DNA of 38,023 nucleotides, taken from assembly GCA_000934665.2 (NCBI GenBank), contig KZ538972.1, positions 1 to 38,023 on the forward strand. Reading direction: 5' to 3'. Of the stretch, positions 33,513-38,023 are shown one piece after another. How positions within the stretch are numbered: position 1 is the stretch's first letter; each line of letters opens with the position of its first letter. The position numbers and the translations under genes were made by a program. Origin of the DNA: Catajapyx aquilonaris. Its lineage: Eukaryota. The notes under the pieces are model-generated. The model ran no database searches, was not told where the DNA came from, and saw only the letters and a list, made by a program, of their open reading frames with translations.

Positions 33513-35013
33513 TTACTGGAGAATAAATTCGGAGAAACAGTGGGGTGAACTCCCAAGATCTCGGGAGCACTATCAATAATAAAGTAGCAATTCGTTACCG
33601 CATTTTGGCTCTGTCGTACACCAGAGAGGAGAAACCTTGAATTATTAGCCCACATAGTCTAATTAAGCGCCAAGCTACTTCATCCTACCATGCTCCAGCG
33701 CCGGGAAAATGGCCTAGAGAAATGCACTATACTGTAGTGTATTACAGCTCGACAGATTTTGGGCTGTGCAACACTCACAGGCTGTAACAAAAGTCAACGA
33801 ACAAAACAAAGAGCCGGATATGTCCAAAGTTGGCGTTCAAATTGTGGACAGTCGATGTTTCCGACATTGTCCAAACCACTGCCCAGCTGAAACTCAGTCT
33901 GGATCAATCTGAACGAAAAACCGAGCATTGTGTGCACACCAATCAAAACATATATTTGGACCACACGTCGATAACGTCACGGGGAGTTACACCGTCGAAA
34001 TCGGGGGGACGTTTGACATTTGAAATCGGACACCGTGGAATATTGTTGCGCTTTTGAAGCTTCGGAATATTACGGGCACAAGGTGCCCCGTCCAAAATCT
34101 CAGTTTTAAAAAATTGCATTAGACGCCCACAACTCAGTTTGTGCCATCCTGAATGGGGCCTGCAGCATCAGCAATGCCCGGATTTCAATAGCAGTCTGAA
34201 TGGTGATGAAGTTGCACCCAGTCATTTTGGATTAGCCCTGAGTGAAATAGTAATTTTCTTTGGCAATGGTCCTCAGCATGCGAAAGCCGTCGACGCCTGG
34301 TTTCATAGTCCCAATCCCACGAAAGACTGGCACAGGCCGAGTAGAACTAATCCCAAATGTGCGGGAAGAATACCAAAAAAAGCTGAAGAGGCGGTCAAAA
34401 GGTGTGAATAAAATAAACAACAAAAAATTTGGTCAACACATTTCTTAGGTTCCACATCCTAAACCTAATGGCCAACAATGCTCCCCCCAAAAAATTCCCC
34501 AACAATATCAGTCACACACTTCACACGATAAGTCCAAAAAAAATTAAAAAAAAAAATTTTATACAAAAATTTCAACCCCACTATGAAAATTATTTTATAA
34601 TAAAATGAACAGGTCACAAAGGTCACAACACTTTTGCCTACCCCCGTTAGACCCCCCCTTCCCCCCACTTTCTTGAAGCCGCGGCTTCTCCTCCTTGAGG
34701 CGGAGGCTACACTGGGTCTAACTCCCGGACGTGCCAATCAATAGCCTGTACTAACCCCCCCTCCCTCCCCCACAACACTTACGCACTTTCTGCCATGCGC
34801 ACTTTAGCAACAGGTAGGGGGGGGGCACATGGAAACCAACGTTCCAGAGCTGGAATCTGCATTTCTTCACCAAAAGTTGCCAACACTGCAGAATTTTTAT
34901 GTCAAGTTCGGCCTCTCAACACACGTGATATAAACTAACAGTAAAAAGACTATTCATTTATTATTCTACTGAAACAATCGAGTTATGTTAAGAAACTTTG
35001 CCTAATTCAGTGC

Positions 35014-35168
35014 TTCGTAAATTGCTTCATTCTTAAATTGCTCAATTCTTGAGCCATTTCGTAAATTGCTCAATTCTTGGGCAATTTCGTAAATTGCTTC
35101 ATTCTTGGGCCATTTTGTAAATTGGTCCATTCTTAGCTGATTATTCGTTAATTGCTCAATTCTTGGGT
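35014..35168 (+). repeat. Minisatellite, ~28-bp unit ATTTCGTAAATTGCTCAATTCTTGGGCC, about 5-6 degenerate copies
   Basis: Direct reading. Confidence 0.85.
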
Positions 35169-38023
35169 GATTATACAGCAAATGCGGAGTTACTATACCT
35201 TGGATCCGCAGTTTAAAAAAATCAATGATGTCTGTGGCGGGCTATGCAACCGTGTGCCAAGTTTCTCTAAAGGGGTGAAAATTAGTGCTTCATTGCGCTA
35301 TATCAGAGTCATACATCATACAGTGCTGGAAACAATATTTAAGACCACAATGGAGCAATTTCGTGAAGATTGAGACAGCTTTGTCCTCCTTTGTAGCGTT
35401 CTGTTCAGACGCATTACTATTTGCCATTTGATATTGCTATTTTGTGCCATCTCTTGAATAGTCTTGGGTCTATTAACTGCATACCTGGTCCTTCCTTCAT
35501 CTCTCATCGACTCCGTTTCGATCGGGAGATCGGCAAATGACGATCCGGAATTCAGGAATTCCGAAGCGCATACCCGGTACACCGTATATTAAAATGTCGA
35601 CCAAAACTCCGGAGACCCCCGGATCAAAATACTGTACATACATCAAACACGACAAGGTACACAAATAAAAGCGCAGTGTACATGCTGCATTCCCAGAGTA
35701 GACACACACAAACAGCGTATAAAATTCAACAAACTAACAAGGTGGACCTGAATATGCACTAGATTCCCATAAACAAATAAAAAACCAAAAAAGGTCAACA
35801 TCGATACTCTCCAACTGGGAAGTCCACAAAGTGTAATGTCCTGTGATGCTAGAACGCTTATCTACACTCTTGTTGCCTTGAATAGGTTCTTTTTAAAAAT
35901 TGATGCAATCACGAAAGTGTCACATGCAAGTTCATTCCAGTCCATGTAACATAATTATTTCCTGGGATTTGAAATATGCAGCTGTGTTTTTTAACCAGCG
36001 CAGCGATGGAGTGCCCTCTCCCATAGTGAAATATCATTTTTACACGTTATGTCCCTAAGTTTGGAGTGGGGCCTGTATATCATGGAAAATGTCAAGGCGA
36101 AGCTTCGAACTTTAAATCCTTTAAAGGTTATGCTCTGAAATTTCCCAGGCAAAATTACACACTTTTCGCAGCTTTACAATAACAAAAAAAAGAGTTATTA
36201 CAGCAGGTTTTCCCCCTGAATACTGTAATCACAGATTTCAACTTTAATCTGATCAAATTTTGCATTTTGCAATATCCAAGCAATGCAGTAAGTCTGATTC
36301 TAGTTGCAAAATGCCACATCAAATAACCCCCTTTTTTATTAATTCCATCCGGCAATCATGAAAAATCTGTCAACAGTGTTACACGCCCATAAATAAACTT
36401 TCTGATGACATCTTAGTTTTTTTTATCTTCCAGTTGGAAGATAGAACGCCAAGCTCCACATTAAATGGATAATAAACTCCCTTCGTAATTTGAAGTGGAG
36501 ATCATTAAGAAGCTTAAAGCCACTTGCAATGTGCTTCCTTATGAGTGAATTCAGTGACGTGTTGCAAGCGTCAGATAGAGATGACGACATAATATATGTA
36601 ACGACGGTATACAACTTATTGTGACATTTTCTCGGAATACATCACGTGGACCATTGTCATTTTTCACCCTTGGTCTGTGCCCATAGGACCTTAACGAATC
36701 CTGTCGTATCAACCTATATCGTATGTGGCCGATTTTATTATTTCTTTTTTTACTTTTCATATTTTCGTGGTAAATGGCATGCATGGATGACTCAAGAATG
36801 ACGACGATAATAGCACATTTGAATATGAAACACTTTACCTGTAATTCCCACAAAAAATGGGGCCAAGAAAAAGTCCGACATATCGTCACAATAAAGTCAG
36901 TTGTTTGAAAGCTAATTAAGGAAATGTCTCAGATTATGTCGCTATGTATTGTGATTACCTGTATGCAAAATCGGAGGTTTTCCTTAATATGCGTTATTCA
37001 TACAACCTGCCCTTGCTAGTTGCTACGATTTTGAAATCATCCTGTCATAACATCCGCATGTTACAACTTATCGGTCTGTATTGGTATCGCAAATTTCGTA
37101 TGAAACTGCTGTGAAGCTGCTCTGCATTTTTGTCAGTTGTATGAACGCCTATTTACAAAATAATATCCGATTTTGCCGGATTGTGCATTGTGAATACATA
37201 CACATAATTTGAGACTCACTCATTTTCATTAAAGGAAGGGTTCGGTGATTTTGCATGTTGGGTTTCAAAAATTAAGCAGGACTCCCTGATTCTGAATTTA
37301 CGCTCCGTTTTGGTAGCAAATGCACCATAAGCGTAAAATTTCAAGTCAAAGTCGACTTTTTAAAAAAATCTGCGCCGAACATGGGTTCACTCTAGCGGCA
37401 AGAATGGAAGCTCTAAGCACTTGCAAAGATGACCGCCACCATAGCGACAAACGACATGCAAGCCAGGTTTTTTGTGTTTTCGACCCGAGCCGAACCCGCC
37501 AAGGGCCATGGGAAGGCAGGGGAGGTCGGATGAGAAGGGCAGGGCGAAGGGAGGTCACAGGGAGGTCGAGTGATCGGAACATGCGGCCGAGTGATGCCCA
37601 CGGCCGGATACTTCCGTACCAGTTCTAGACTTACCAAGACGGGTAGTGTCGCGAGGTATAATCCGGAGAGAGACGAGGGATACACATTGGCCACATCTTG
37701 GCCGCATGAGACGGCGTCGGAGGAAGGGCCAAGTGATCCATCCACTTCCTAGTTCAAAAATTGTCTTCGCGGCTAAGCCAATCTTGGCCCATGCAGGTTA
37801 CCGGGATCTCCGCGGGAGGCAGTAGCTGTACGATTATCGTATCGAATACAGTAGCGGTTTCGACTTTTACCTAACGGCATTTGCTTACGCGGCGTCAGAT
37901 TTAAAAATCTACCACATTTTTGAAATCATGGCCTCTTCCTTGATCTTTCAAGCCCAACATCCAAAATCACTAAACACTTCCTAATACAGTCGGCCATAAG
38001 CAAATTAGGAACCCCCTCCCCCC

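Noticed and set aside
35014..35168. CRISPR-like 28-bp repeats
   Set aside because: No spacers, degenerate units, no cas genes, eukaryotic context.
37570..37752. RDEGYTLATSW, resembling the tail of a Penelope GIY-YIG endonuclease
   Set aside because: No GIY-YIG or RT motifs found upstream; too short to call without a search.

Overview
Animal genomic DNA, most likely arthropod (inferred from the gene family, 55-66 nt introns and insect-type TEs); not prokaryotic. One spliced minus-strand gene dominates, of the ITPRID/SSFA2/KRAP family (Drosophila olf186-M-like IP3-receptor-binding scaffold). I reconstructed 13 phase-consistent coding exons from 26669 down to the stop at 10795 (3569 nt, about 1190 codons); the start exon is not securely located. 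The model needs a GC-AG intron after a 40-nt micro-exon. A likely alternative terminal exon would give a short isoform ending in a PDZ-type motif (-TEV). Introns and flanks carry many small, often nested, non-autonomous elements: Tc1/mariner, Harbinger, piggyBac and hAT MITEs, foldback elements, tRNA-SINEs, a solo LTR and a composite mariner fossil. There is a CpG-depleted domain over the 3' part of the gene and a 111-N assembly gap. I found no RNA genes or CRISPR array and no convincing wholly new system; the best leads are isoform/motif biology of the KRAP-like gene and the unusual repeat architecture.
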